From positions 51,586,001-51,650,000 of the forward strand of contig CM052816.1 of NCBI GenBank assembly GCA_028534125.1: 64,000 bases of DNA. The letters run 5' to 3'. A program made the translations under genes and the position numbers. Origin of the DNA: Lama glama. Its lineage: Eukaryota. This document shows, piece after piece, positions 12,911 through 25,500 of this stretch. The first letter of the stretch is position 1, and every line of letters begins with the position of its first letter. Under the pieces are notes generated by a model. It made no database searches and had not been told where the DNA came from. It saw only the letters and a list, made by a program, of their open reading frames with translations.

Positions 12911-13554
12911 TGTTACTGATCCAAACTTGGGTCCACTTGCCTGTGCACAATAAAGCGAATCTATTGACACAGGGTCGTGGTGAAGGAAAGTGTAGCACTT
13001 ATTGCAGGAGCCAAGCAAGGAGTCCAGGTAGCTAGTGCTCAAAAGGTCCAGGGTCCCCAGTGACTTGCAGGGAAAGGTTTTTAAAGACAGGATGAGGGAG
13101 GGAGGTTGTGGGGTGCATGATCAGCTCGTAGACGGACATTCTTCTTATTGGTTGGTGGTCAGGTAATCGGGAGTCAACATCATCAACCTTCTGGTTCCAG
13201 TCCGTCTGGGGTCTATGTGCTTGTGGGTAGCATACAGTTAACTTCTTTTCGCCTGATGAAGGTTTCAGTATCTGTAAAACAGCTCAAAAGGCATGGCTTA
13301 GAATGTTACCTGTAGCCTTTGAGGAGAAATTAAAGCTCCCTGACTTTGTTTAATGTCTGAACTATTATTATTTTGATTTGCTTGAATGTTTTCCTTTTTT
13401 TTTCCTGCATTTTCTCACTTCTCTAATTAAATTTATTCTTTGGAATTTGGGGAAGGCCTAGGAGGCTAATTTTTCTATACACAAAGGCACGTGGAGGACA
13501 TGGGAGTGGGAGATTCTGTCCTGGGAATGCCCCATGGGGTCTTGATTGGTTACA
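12911..13554 (-). mobile_element. ERV1-class solo LTR (~644 bp)
   Basis: TG...CA termini with imperfect inverted ends (tgttac...gttaca); 4-bp flanks agtt/aatt consistent with a mutated TSD; GC-richer than flanks; no internal ERV sequence. Confidence 0.8.
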
Positions 13555-15091
13555 AATTCTTATTTTATCTATAAGCTGGTCACTGGTGGCCACTATTTGG
13601 GTGTGATTTCAGAGTCACTTAAAAATAAATATCATAGTGTTTTTGTTATACAAGGTAATTTTTCTTTTGAAGAAATTATATTTTATTTCTTTTATAAATA
13701 ATTTATAACTTTTAAGTAATCCTCAAACATTGAAAAATGTTCTCTTGAAGGCATATGAATATATCATAATTGATTTGATAAATGTATCTAAAAATAAAAG
13801 ATTTATGGTACAAAAGAAAGGTAGTTTTCTTAGGGCCAGTGAGTCAGTGAAAATATTCAACCTTAAGCAATACAAGAAGGGAGCTCAGATTAGTTTATTA
13901 GCATGACAGTATAACATTGGGAAACTGAATACCCTGCTAATTAATGTAGCTCCAATAGAAGAGGGATGTTTCTCCTTACTCAGCAGAGACAAGTGTTTCT
14001 TCTGCACAAATGCCAAGCCTCAGAGATAGACGGAAGATGAGAGAACCTCCAGACTTACAGTAAAAGCAGAAAAGAAAGTAACACATTACAAAGTGGATTC
14101 ATATAAATGGATAAGTTTGAGGTGAGGCGTTCCTAAAGTCATTGTGCATCTGGACATCTAGACTTGGGTGGAGCCTATAGTGTATGGCTCAAGAAGGGAA
14201 TCATATAAGACCACGTCTAGGACTTTGCCTCTGTGCCTTAAAGATTTTCTTTTTCCAGTCTGGTGTGTAGAGTTCTGTGATTGGGGGTTAAGCCACTGCT
14301 TTGAGTGTATGGCAAATAATTCTGTACACTCAGTACCCACAGAGTTTAGTTACTCTTGGTAAATTCTGAGAAGAATTAAATCTTATTTAAAACACTTTCT
14401 TCAGGTGTTCATTAGAAACACATGAATCAATGTGGACCCAGGTACTTAGATTTAATGCTGGTTAATTTAGAACCCTGGCTAGTATCCTGCATTAATTACC
14501 CATAGCACATCAAGTTTGTCATCAAATGCCAACCAAACTAAAAAGTGGTACAGAAGAATTTCGGGATACTTTTACAAAGTACAGCTATCTGATCAATAAC
14601 ATGATTACATTTAGGAAACTATTTGAGAGAAGAAGTTTACAGCTTAAGCTGCCCTGGACTGGTTTTTAAGAAAACAAGGGACTCTACATCATTACAAAAA
14701 CAGAAAAACATGCAAAACCTCCTTTAATTAAGTTCCAAGGGAGCAAGCAAAGTTATTAATTAAATGTTCAGCCAGATTATAGCTGGCTTGTTTATTTTAG
14801 GTCACATTTATGATACCCCATATATAGCTGTGGTACATGTATTTTAATGTTTACATGCAGGAGATATCTAGTCCTTATATAACCAATGTGCATAGCACAT
14901 TTGCATGTCTTATAGTACCATGTTATGACTTTATATTGTAAGGGAATTTAATAGTGATACTTGTTTTATTTTGTCCTTTTATTGTATTGTTGACAATATT
15001 TATCTTGAAATTAAGACTAGGGGTAGGAACATAGTCCCTAATTACAGCTTTTTGTGTGAAAACACAAATCACTTTATGATGTGCTTTCTAG

Positions 15092-15530
15092 TTGTAATTT
15101 AGTTAGGATTTGTGGTCAGTGGCTGAAATTAAGAGATCCGCAGTAAGACAGAAGTGATTTTTTCACTCATATAAATATCTGGGCTGATATGATGGCCCCA
15201 CACATATCAGAGAATTAAGCTTCTCTTTTCTTTTTGCTGTGCCAACTTCAACACAGTGTCCATCTGGTGGTCCAGTTTCACTCAATCCCAGTCAGGTCAA
15301 AAGAGGAAAGAAGGGAAAGAAGAGGGCCTAGCCCTTCCTTTGAAAGGAACGACCTGGAAGTTGTACACATCCCTTATTCTCAGATCTCATTGGTCAGAAC
15401 TTAGTCATATGCCATATGTAGCTACAAGAGGCTGGGAAATTTGATCTTCAGCTACATAAACATGTGTTCAATTGAAAATTTCTATAGTTTTTTAAGAGGA
15501 GAAGAGACTTTGGGGGGAAACTAGAGATGA
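15092..15530 (-). mobile_element. MLT1-type (ERVL-MaLR) LTR
   Basis: Typical MLT1 motif cattggtcagaacttagtcatatgccata...agctacaagaggctgggaaatttgatctt. Confidence 0.7.
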
Positions 15531-15949
15531 CTGTTAGGAACTACCAAAAACAAGAACAACCTTTTTAGTGGAAAATGCAAGTGCCTTTATAATGACTGTC
15601 TAGAAAAATATTGCAGAAAAATATCTCTTTATTTTATTAATAGTTTTTCTTCCTTTACTCTTACAGTAGTATTAGTTGAGTTATGTTGTTCAGAAATCAG
15701 GAAACATAAACTGTGTGAAGAGGCCTAGTGTTTATGTAATTTATCTAGGGTTGAGGATATAATTATATAATAAAGCTTTGCTACTAAAAATCAGGATTTT
15801 AAAAATTAAAAGAGACGTTAGGTAGTACTTGAAAAATTTTTTTCATTTCTCTGTATTAGGAAGGAGATGTAGAAGTATGAAATGTCTTGGTGAGGTTAGA
15901 CATCTGGTTCATGGTCGAGTCCACCTCAGTCCCAGTCAAGGGCTTCTCG

Positions 15950-16100
15950 TGGGTGGTAAAAAGCACACACTCTGGAGCCTGGGCTCCGATCCTAGCCTCT
16001 CTATGAGGTGTGTGATCGTGTTACTAGCCTCTCTCTGCTTCAGCTTCCATGTTGATAAAAATGAGATCATTGTGGTACTTATCTCATACTTTATTATGGC
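15950..16100 (+). mobile_element. MIR remnant
   Basis: ctctggagcctgggctcc...gtgtgtga...ctctctctgcttcagcttccatgttgataaaaatgagatcat. Confidence 0.6.
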
Positions 16101-16189
16101 ATTCCCTCTTCCTCTCATCATTAGCTTGTAATATTTAAGTCTTTTCTGGTTTTTTTTTCATGGTTACCCAAGAGGCTACACTATCCATC

Positions 16190-16870
16190 TTAGATCTATT
16201 AAAGTATGATTAAAAGTAGTACTATTAGCACTTCCTGGGCTGTGAAAGAATCTTCTACTTTAATACATTTAACAACCCCCTCCCCAAACTTAAATGCTGT
16301 TGTGTATTTTAATTGTATATGTATTTTATATGAGAGATATTTATTGTCACTACTTTTATGGAAAACATTCCTTTCTGTATACCTGAGCTTTCTCTTTGAA
16401 ACATTCTTTCTGCCTGAAGAATAAACTTCAGTTAGTTCAGTTATCATACTTTTTGTGGATCTGCTGGTAATAAATATCTTCTGTGAGTGAGGTCTGATTC
16501 TAGATTCATACTTACTCCAAATGTGTATAACCCTTTGAGGTCCCAACTCATATGAGGCTTTATATTCTCCTTAGTGGGCTCTGAATGCTAATTTTTATGC
16601 CTCAGCACTGTAAGTTTATTAAAACTTCTGTTCCCTTTTTTAGCCATGCTTTTGACATTGACAAAAGCTTTGAGCACAAAATTACCCTCAAACGCCAGAC
16701 TTACCTCTCTGAGCTGGTATCTTTTCCTAGTCATGACTCCAGAGTTCTTTACTACCTGTGAGCCTCTGGTTCCTTAAAAAATTATTTTAAAAATTCTGTT
16801 TAACATTTTAAGACATACTTACAGTAGGATTGATCTAAAGCACCTAGTTTGTTATTCTGGAAGTGAAATT
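16190..16870 (-). mobile_element. Ancient L1 (L1MC/ME-like) fragment
   Basis: ttctttctgcctgaagaa...ggatctgctggtaataaat motif typical of old L1 antisense. Confidence 0.5.
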
Positions 16871-16889
16871 CTCTGATGAGTATATTTTA

Positions 16890-17120
16890 ATAATGGTGAT
16901 AACTAGTATTGTACTGAGCACTTATCTGCCACATACAGTTTTCATGCATTATTTCATTTAACCATTATAGTATGTACTATAAAGTAGGTACCATTATTGT
17001 TTCCATTACTACAGATTAGGAACCTGAGGTTTAAAGGCCAAGGTGCACAGTTAATGTATGACAAAGTTACGTTTTGAACCTAAGGCTGCTGAACTCTAGA
17101 AACCACAGTCTTAACTTGTC
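16890..17120 (-). mobile_element. MIR
   Basis: actgagcactta...catgcattatttcatttaacc...gtaggtaccattattgtttccattactacagattaggaacctgaggtt. Confidence 0.75.
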
Positions 17121-17304
17121 AGTGCTCTATATAATAAAGTACACATGACAGCTAGCTAAAAACATGGTAATAGTGACTCTGTGATTTACGATTTGGGGTA
17201 TATCTGTGCTTATGACTAGGAAGTCTAGTCTTTTCAATTTATTATTGAGTTTTTATGTAACCTTCAAGCCATTCAGTGTATATGTCATCTCAGTTCTGTA
17301 TTAG

Positions 17305-18070
17305 CAGAGTTTCTCAAACTGTCTCAGTTCACAGAGCACTTAGTATCTTAGTATTTTTTCATGGGCCATCCATGGCACAAACAAGCAAAACCCTAATAGT
17401 TTTGTTTATTAAGAATGTAAGTATCCATGATCTAACGATTTATTTTTTAAATTGAAGTATAGTCAGTTTACAATGTTGTGTCAGTTTCTGGTGTACAGCA
17501 TAATGTTTCAGTCATACATATACATACACATATTCCTTTTCATATTCTTTTTCATTATAGGTTACAAGATATTGAATATAGTTCTCTGTACCATACAGCA
17601 GAAACTTGTTTTTTATCTATTGCACATATATTAGTTAGTATCTGCAGGTGTTAAACTCCCACTTTATCCTTTCCCACCCCTTTTCCCCCTGGTAACCATA
17701 ACTTTGTTTTCTACATCTGTGAGTCTGTCTCTGTTTTGTAAATAAGTTCACTTGTGCATGATCTAACAATTTAATAGCCATTTTAAAATACACATAAATT
17801 GAATAAAAAAGATATTTTATTTTAAAATAATCACATTGACTTGTAGTATTTGAGCACCTATTGGGCACTGTACAACTTCTCAAATCTTGGAATCAGATCG
17901 GCCACCACCAGCTCCATTTCCTGTTTCACATTGATTTTCATGTGATCTAATGTCAAAACTGTGAGCTAGCATGAATTTGTAGTCCACATGATATTCAACA
18001 TTTGTTGAGTTCTCCTGTGTTTCCTTCACATATTTAAGGTGTCCCGTGGTGCAAGTTTGTGGATTGTGGC
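17305..18070. mobile_element. hAT-Charlie non-autonomous DNA transposon (MER119-like), split by an L1
   Basis: Begins cagagtttctcaaactgtctcagttcac; internal ttgggcactgtacaacttctcaaatcttggaatcagat; family recalled from consensus, not aligned. Confidence 0.65.
17443..17756 (-). mobile_element. Short 5'-truncated L1 3' UTR with 17-bp TSD
   Basis: ttttttaaattgaagtatagtcagtttacaatgttgtg L1 3' end; flanked by catgatctaacgattta (17426-17442) and catgatctaacaattta (17757-17773). Confidence 0.9.
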
Positions 18071-19805
18071 ATTAGCATGTTTACCTTTGGAGGCTGTAAA
18101 TTTGAAAGAGCCCATTTGCCCCCAGATGCTGTGGTGTCTCAGGGAGTGTGCCATCACATTCCAGATGGGAATTGAAGCATCGCAGGCATTGCAAAATGTT
18201 TGATCTAAGTAGAATCTTGTAAAGGTAATGAAATGTTAAACATTTAAAAGAATGCTTTTGAAAAGAATCTTTTGGTAATCTTAATAATAGCCTCCAATAC
18301 ATTTGTTTACATCTGTCAGGATGATGAGCAAAGGAGTCCCTTTGGCTAATCAGCCAGCCAGTTGCACGTACATCAGGTAGATGTCCGTGAAGCAGCAAAC
18401 TATACTTGTCCTCAAATTTTAATAATTAAATGAGTGACCTTTTGTGGCACCACAGATTTGTTGGGAAGTGTAGGAGAAAGAGGCTGTCATTTTGACTCTT
18501 CTTCTCATTCCCTATGCCTGGGGACATAGGTTTGGGCTACCAGGTCACAGAGGTGAAGCGATGATAGCAGTATATATATTGCCTCCTTATCCTAAAAACC
18601 AGATAAGTCACATAGTCTGTGGAGATGGTATGGTCTTGATAATATAGTGTTTTGGACTTGCTAGAGATAAGGCAAGTTAAAAAAGGAAGTGCCAAAGTCC
18701 AGTTTCCAGTTATGGCTGTCTTTTGGACAAGCCACTCTACCTCTATAAAATGAAGGCTTTCCTATTTACCTCTTATATGATCTCTAAAATTACTCTTCAG
18801 CAACAAAATACATTGATCTATTGTTCACCTAAAGCCTTTGCTATATTCTTGACACCAATAGGCCATTCTTTTACTGCTAGAATTTATTTGAAAGTTTGTA
18901 AATCTAATGTAAATAAGTTACTTTCTTAATGACCATTTAAATCCTCCCCCAGGATTTATCCATGGAGCCATAATGTTTACTGACATGCCTTCCTGGATGT
19001 GGTCTTTAATTGGAAAGCACATCTTATAAGAGAATTATAGCCTCCAAATGGGATAATTCCTGGGGTTTAAAAGTTGCCACAAAGGAATTCACTGGCATTA
19101 GAAACCAAACAGATTTATTCCTCAGTACTTGTCCCTGAGGATCTAAAATGTTACTATAAACTCAGAACATTCCTAGAGTTACCCAGATTTATTTTCAGGT
19201 TAATTGGTTATTCAGTATTTTGCTGGAAACTCATGAATTCATATCCTTTGGAAAGTAACATGTACTGGGCCATCAAAATGATGTGAGAATGCTCTTTTCA
19301 TTAAATATCTGGTGTGATACTATGCATAGAGACTTGTAGCTGATTTTTCCAAATTGATGATTTGCTATTTCTTGCAACCTTTAAAATTAAAAACATTTAT
19401 AACTTTTAAAAACTTGATGTAATTAGTCACTTTCATTGAATTAGAAGATTTAGAAAGGAAAGTATAAAAGTTTATTTTTAATTAGATGAATTACCATGAT
19501 TACTTTAAAACTGAGCTCACATTTTTCTCTTAGGCATTTTTCATTTGTGATATTGTTAGAATTGAGGTCTTTTTTGGTTTGGTAGAACTCTAGTAAAAAA
19601 AGGCAACCAGAAGAATTAGGAAACATTCTGCCTATAGGACTTCCTTAGAAATAATACTATTAAATATTTTAGTTTATTTTATTTACTCTTGGAATCTTTA
19701 TTCTAATAACTAGAAAAGAAACCGAGTCTTTCATGTACCTAATTGAACTTATGTTTTTGAATTTTTACAAAATATATAATCCAACATTAATAAACTAAAT
19801 TAATG

Positions 19806-21070
19806 GTTTAGTTTAATCTTCGACAAAGGAGGCAAGAATATACAATGGAATAAAGATAGTCTCTTCAGCAAATGGTGTTGAAAACTGGACAGCAGAATGT
19901 AAATCAATGAAGCTAGAACACTCCCTTACACCATACACAAAAATAAACTCAAAATGGATCAAAGACTTAAACATAAGACAAGATACAGTAAACCTCCTAA
20001 AAGAAAATATAGGCAAAACATTATCTCACATACATCTCAAAAATGTTCTCCTAGGACAGTCTACCCAAGCAATAGAAATAAAAGCAAGAATAAACAAATG
20101 GGACCTAATGAAACTTGCAAGCTTCTGCACAGCAAAGAAAACCCTAAGTAAAACAAAATGACATCCTATGGAATGGGAGAAAACTTTTGCAAATGAAACC
20201 AACAAAGGCTTGATCTCCAGAATATATAAGCAGCTGATATGACATAATAAGAAAAAAACAAACAACCCCATCCAAAAATGGGCAGAAGACCTAAACAAGC
20301 AGTTCTCCATGGAAGAAATACAAATGATCAATAGGCACATGAAAAAAAATGCTCAGTATCACTAATTATTAGAGAAGTGCAAATCAAAACTACAATGAGT
20401 TATCACCTCACACCAGTCAGAATGGCCATCATTCAAAAGTCCACAAATGACAAATGCTGGAGAGGCTGTGGAGAAAGGGGAACCCTCCTACACTGCTGGT
20501 AGGAGTGCAGTTTGGTGCAGCCACTGTGGAAAACAGTATGGAGATTCCTCAAAAGACTAGAAATAGACTTACCATGTGACCCAGGAATCCCGCTCCTGGG
20601 CATATATCCAGAAGGAACTGTACTTCAAAATGACACTTGCACCCCAGTGTTCATAGCAGCACTATACAATAGCCAAGACATGAAAACAGCCTAAATGTCC
20701 ATCAACAGATGACTGGATAAAGGAAATGTGGTATATTTGTACAATGGAATAGTATTCAGCCATAAAACCGACAACGTAACACCATTTGCAGCAACATGGA
20801 TGTTCCTGTAGAATGTCATTCTAAGTGAAGTAAGCCAGAAAGAGAAAGAAAAAGACCATGAGATCGCTCATATGTGGAATCTAAAAATAAATAAATAAAT
20901 AAAATAAATACAAAACAGAAACAGACTCATAGACATAGAATACAAATTTNNNNNNNNNNNNNNNNNNNNNNNNNNNNNNNNNNNNNNNNNNNNNNNNNNN
21001 NNNNNNNNNNNNNNNNNNNNNNNNNNNNNNNNNNNNNNNNNNNNNNNNNAATGTAATTAATTAATTAAAT
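19806..21070 (+). mobile_element. Young lineage-specific L1, 5'-truncated (ORF2 3' part plus 3' UTR), frames disrupted
   Basis: ORF track gives KLEHSLTPYTKINSKWIKDLN and [13 protein letters not shown], canonical L1 ORF2 C-terminal motifs; stops and frameshifts between fragments. Confidence 0.95.
20950..21049. other. Assembly gap (100 N) within L1 3' UTR
   Basis: Run of N seen directly. Confidence 1.
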
Positions 21071-22534
21071 TAATAGCTACATAAATAAAACCAAGTTTAC
21101 ATTTAAGTTAAAAAAAGTAGAAATCTAGAGATGTGATAAGAAAGGAACTTATTAGGGAAAATGTATCTGAGAGTTTTGATAAGTTAAATACAATACTCTA
21201 ACACTGTAAGAAGGAATAGTTCCACACTAATTTGATTTTGTTTGTTTTGACTTCCTCCTGGACATGACCTTTTGAGAAGAATGTTGACTAGCTTAGATGC
21301 TACTAGAGGGCTGCACAATGTTTTTTTGCCTTGTATACTCCTACCCCCAAAGCTTTGCCAAAGCCATGCCCCCAAAAAATTGAAGAAAAAAAGAAAATCC
21401 AGTTTGTTAAAACCTATAAGCCATTATGTCAAAGCTTGATTTGTGGCAGAAACCAAGTAAATGCTATCTTTGGCATAATTGGACAACTATTAGGGAGACA
21501 AAAGTGATATCGCATAAAAGCTAAGTAGTAACTGTGTTTGCCCTGCAAGGGAAATTCAAAACAGGGCTTCTAGCCTGTCCTATATAGGAACTTTGGAGTG
21601 ACGCTGTCTGGAATCATGTTATATAATAATGAATTAAAGGAACTCAAGTTATTTGCAATGAAGAAGAGAGGAAAAAAACAGATGTGATAGTGGTCTTCAG
21701 AATCCTTTCAGACCATCATGTATAAGAGCAGTACTTGAAAAGGGCAGAAGTTTTTGAGAGATACAGTTTGGCTTAAAAAAGAACTGCCTAGTGATCATGT
21801 CTGTCCATGGAAGTATTCAAATACAGATTAGATCATGTATGATGGATTTCATTTGGAGAAAACACAGAGAGGCAATGACCTAAGGTTAATTCTGACTTTA
21901 AGATCTGAGATCTTCTTCTGGTAAATACTGCATTGAGCCGCCTTAATAATTAGCAATGTAATATTTTTCAAAATTTTTCTGTAATATTTTACCCTTACAT
22001 TTTCTGTGGGTTACCCTGCAAGGGAGATGGCTTAACTAGTGAAGTGGGTTCAGTACCAGGCTCCTCTGTTTCCTCAGCTACATGCCACTGAACAGTGACC
22101 AATATGTATACCTTGAACCACCATACACAGTGTCTCTGATTACTTGGTGATCAGTGTTCTTAGGGCGTTTCTCTCTAGACTGATTTCAGGTATAATGTGA
22201 TCTTTTTATATATCTCTGATTGCTTGTTTTATCGTTAGAGTAATTAAAAAATAAACACAACTAAGTATTATTACTCAAAGACTCATTTCCTCTGAATGAA
22301 GTTAGAGTTTCTTTTAACAGAGGTCTGTAATTTGTGTGATTTCAGAAAACTGGAAGATTTAATTTTCAAAAACTGTGAAACTCTTTATGTTACTAATCAG
22401 CCAGAAAATATTCATTGATCCCGCATGTTTGATTATAATAGTTCTAACACCAATTGTGGTATTAATATTAGATGGGACTTCCCTCCCTTCCATACATATG
22501 TGGAGGATTATGTGTGTTTGAATATATATATTTT

Positions 22535-25500
22535 TTGAGTTCTACAGCTTCATTGAAGTTAAATTGATGAAAAACTGCTCATATAATGTCCTTATATGAG
22601 TTTGGGCGTATGCATATATCTGATACCATCACTAAAATCAAGGTATTAAACATATCCATCACCTTCAGAAGTTTGTTTGGGTTCCTTTGTTAGTAAGAAG
22701 ACTTAATGTGAGATATAGGTACTCCCTTAAAAAATTAAAGCATAATACTATATCAGTAATTACAGGTACTGTGTTGTACAGCAGATCTCTAGAACTTCCT
22801 CATCTTGTATGCGGTAACTTGATAGAACAACTCCCATTTCCTCTCCCCCCATCACCTGGCAACCATCATTCTGTTTTCTACTTCTATAAGCTTGGCTGCT
22901 TTAAATTTCTCATATAATTGGAATAATGCAGTATTTGTCCTTCTGTAACTGACTTATTTCATTTAGCATGATGTCCTCCAGCTCCACTCATTTTGTGACA
23001 AATGGTAGGTTTTACTTCTTTTTAAGGCTGATTGTACACATTATACTACATCTTCTTTATCACCTCGTCTGTCAGTGGACATGTGGGTTTTAGGTGTTTT
23101 CATATTGGCTGTTTTGAATAATGCTTCAGGAACATGGGACTGCAGGTATTTCTTTGATATCCTAATTTCAGTTCTTTTGGATATATACCCAGAAGTTGCT
23201 ACGTTGTGTGTTGGTTCTATTTGAAATTTTTAAAGGAACTGCCATATTTTACACAGCATCTGAACCATTTTACATTCCCATCAATTGTGTAAAAACGTTC
23301 CAGTTTCTCTGCAATGTTGACGGCATTTATTATCTTTTGATTTTTTTCAGTAATAGCTGTCCTAACAGATGTGAGGTGATGTTTCATCATAGTTTTGATT
23401 TTCATTTCCTTGATGATTAGTGATGCTGAGCACCTTTTCATATACCCATTGACTATTTGTATGTCTTCTTTGGAGAAATACCTATTCAGATCTTTTGCCC
23501 ATTTTTTAATTGGCTGATTTGGGGTGTTTTTTTTGTTTGATCGAGTTTTTGTTGTTGTTTTGTTTCGTTTTGTTTTGTTTCATACTAAGTTGTAGCAGTT
23601 TCTTACTTATTTTGGAAGGTAACCCCTTATCAGATATGACTTGCAAGTATTTTCTCCCATTCTGTAGGTTGCCTTTTCACTCTGTTGATTGTTTCTTTTG
23701 CTGTGCAGAAGCTTTTTAGTTTGATATAGTCCCACTTGTCTATTTTTGCTTTTGTTGCCTGTTCTTTTGATGTCATATTCATGAAATCATTGCCAAGACC
23801 AGTGTCATGAAGCTTTTCCCCTATGTTTTCTCTTAGGAGTTTTACGATTTCAGGTCTTATGTTTAAGTCTTTAATCCATTTTTAATTGATTTTTGTGTAC
23901 ACTAATCTCGTCTAGTTTCATTCTTTTGCATGTGGATATTTCATTTTCCCAACACCATTTGTATATTATTCCCAATTGTATATTATTAGCACACTTGTTG
24001 AAGATCAGTTGACGTTATATAGGCAGGTTTATTTCTGGACTCTCTGTTCTGTTCCATTGGTCTGTATTTCTGCCTTTATATGTTATGCCACACTGTTTTA
24101 ATTACTCTGTTTTTGTAATACATTTTGAAATCAGGACATGTGATGTCTCCAGCTTTGTTCTGTTTTCTTGAGATTGCTTTGTCTATTTGGGGTCTTTTGT
24201 GTGAATTAGGATTACTTTTTCTACTTCTGTAAGAAATCCATTGGGATTTCATAGGAATAGCATTAACTCGGAAGATCATTTCAGGTAGTTATGCTCATTT
24301 TAACAGTATTGAGTCTCTGTGATATCTTCCCATTTATTTGTGTCTAATCTATTTTCAGCAATGTATTATAGTTTCATTGAATAAGTCTTTCACCTGCTTC
24401 ATTAAGTTTATTTCTAAACATTTTGTTCTTTATGAAGCTAAATGGAATTGTTATCTTCTTTTTCAGATAGTACATTTTTAGTGTATAGAAATGGAAGTGA
24501 CTTTGAGTTCTTTTTTTTTTTTATTAGATAGTGTATTCTCATGCTTAAAAATCAAAACACTATAAAGTTACAGAGTGAATGTAAGATTTTTCTCCCATAC
24601 CCTGCCACGTTGTTCTCCATTCCTCTGTCCCAAGAGACAATCACTTTAACTATTTTACATTTCCCTCCATTTCTTTATGCCAAAGCAAATATAGTTTTCT
24701 ATTTTTTCCCTTTCTTACCCAGAAGTAAAAAAAACCATATACCTTTTTTTGGTGCCTTTTTTTTTTTCATTTGGCAGTATATATCCTGTATATTTTAACA
24801 AACTATATAGAGATGTCCCTTTGTATTTTTCTTCTCATTTTACAAATGCACAATAGTCCATTGTGTGTCATTAGCCTAGTGTAATCAGATCCCAAATAAT
24901 GGACACTTGAGTTATTTCCAATCTGCCAAGGCAAACAAACTGCCATGATTTAACTTCGGCATCTGTCATTTTGCACATGTGCAGGTGGATCTGTAGGATG
25001 ACTTCCCAGAAGTGAATTCCCAGAAATTGTTGGGTTAGAAGGTCAGTGCATTTGCAACTGACTTTCATATGTTGATTTTGTATCCTGCAACTTTATTGAA
25101 TTCACATATTGGTTCTAACAGTTTTTTAGTGGAGTCCTTAGGGTTTGGTATATGTAAAATCATGTCATCTGCAAACATATTACTTGTTCCTTTCCAATTT
25201 GTATGACTTTTCTTTTTCTTACCTAATTGCTCTGTCTAGGACTTATAGTACCATATTGAATAAAAGTAGTGAGAATGGGTGTCCTTATTTCTTTCCTAAC
25301 CTTAAAGAAAACCCTTACAGTTTTTCACTAATGAGTATGGTGTTAGTTGTGGGCTTGTCATTTATGGCCTTTATTATGTTGAAGTATATTCCTTCTTGAC
25401 CTAGTTTATTAAGTATTTTTGTCATAAAAGAGTGTTGAATTTTATTAAATGCTTTCATGCATATATTGAGATAGTCATGTAATTTTTATTCTTCATTCTG

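Noticed and set aside
19907..20694. ORFs with real protein similarity (also 26206-26520, 36562-36966, 53966-54151, 62003-62365)
   Set aside because: Fragments of L1 ORF1/ORF2 in truncated elements, not host genes.
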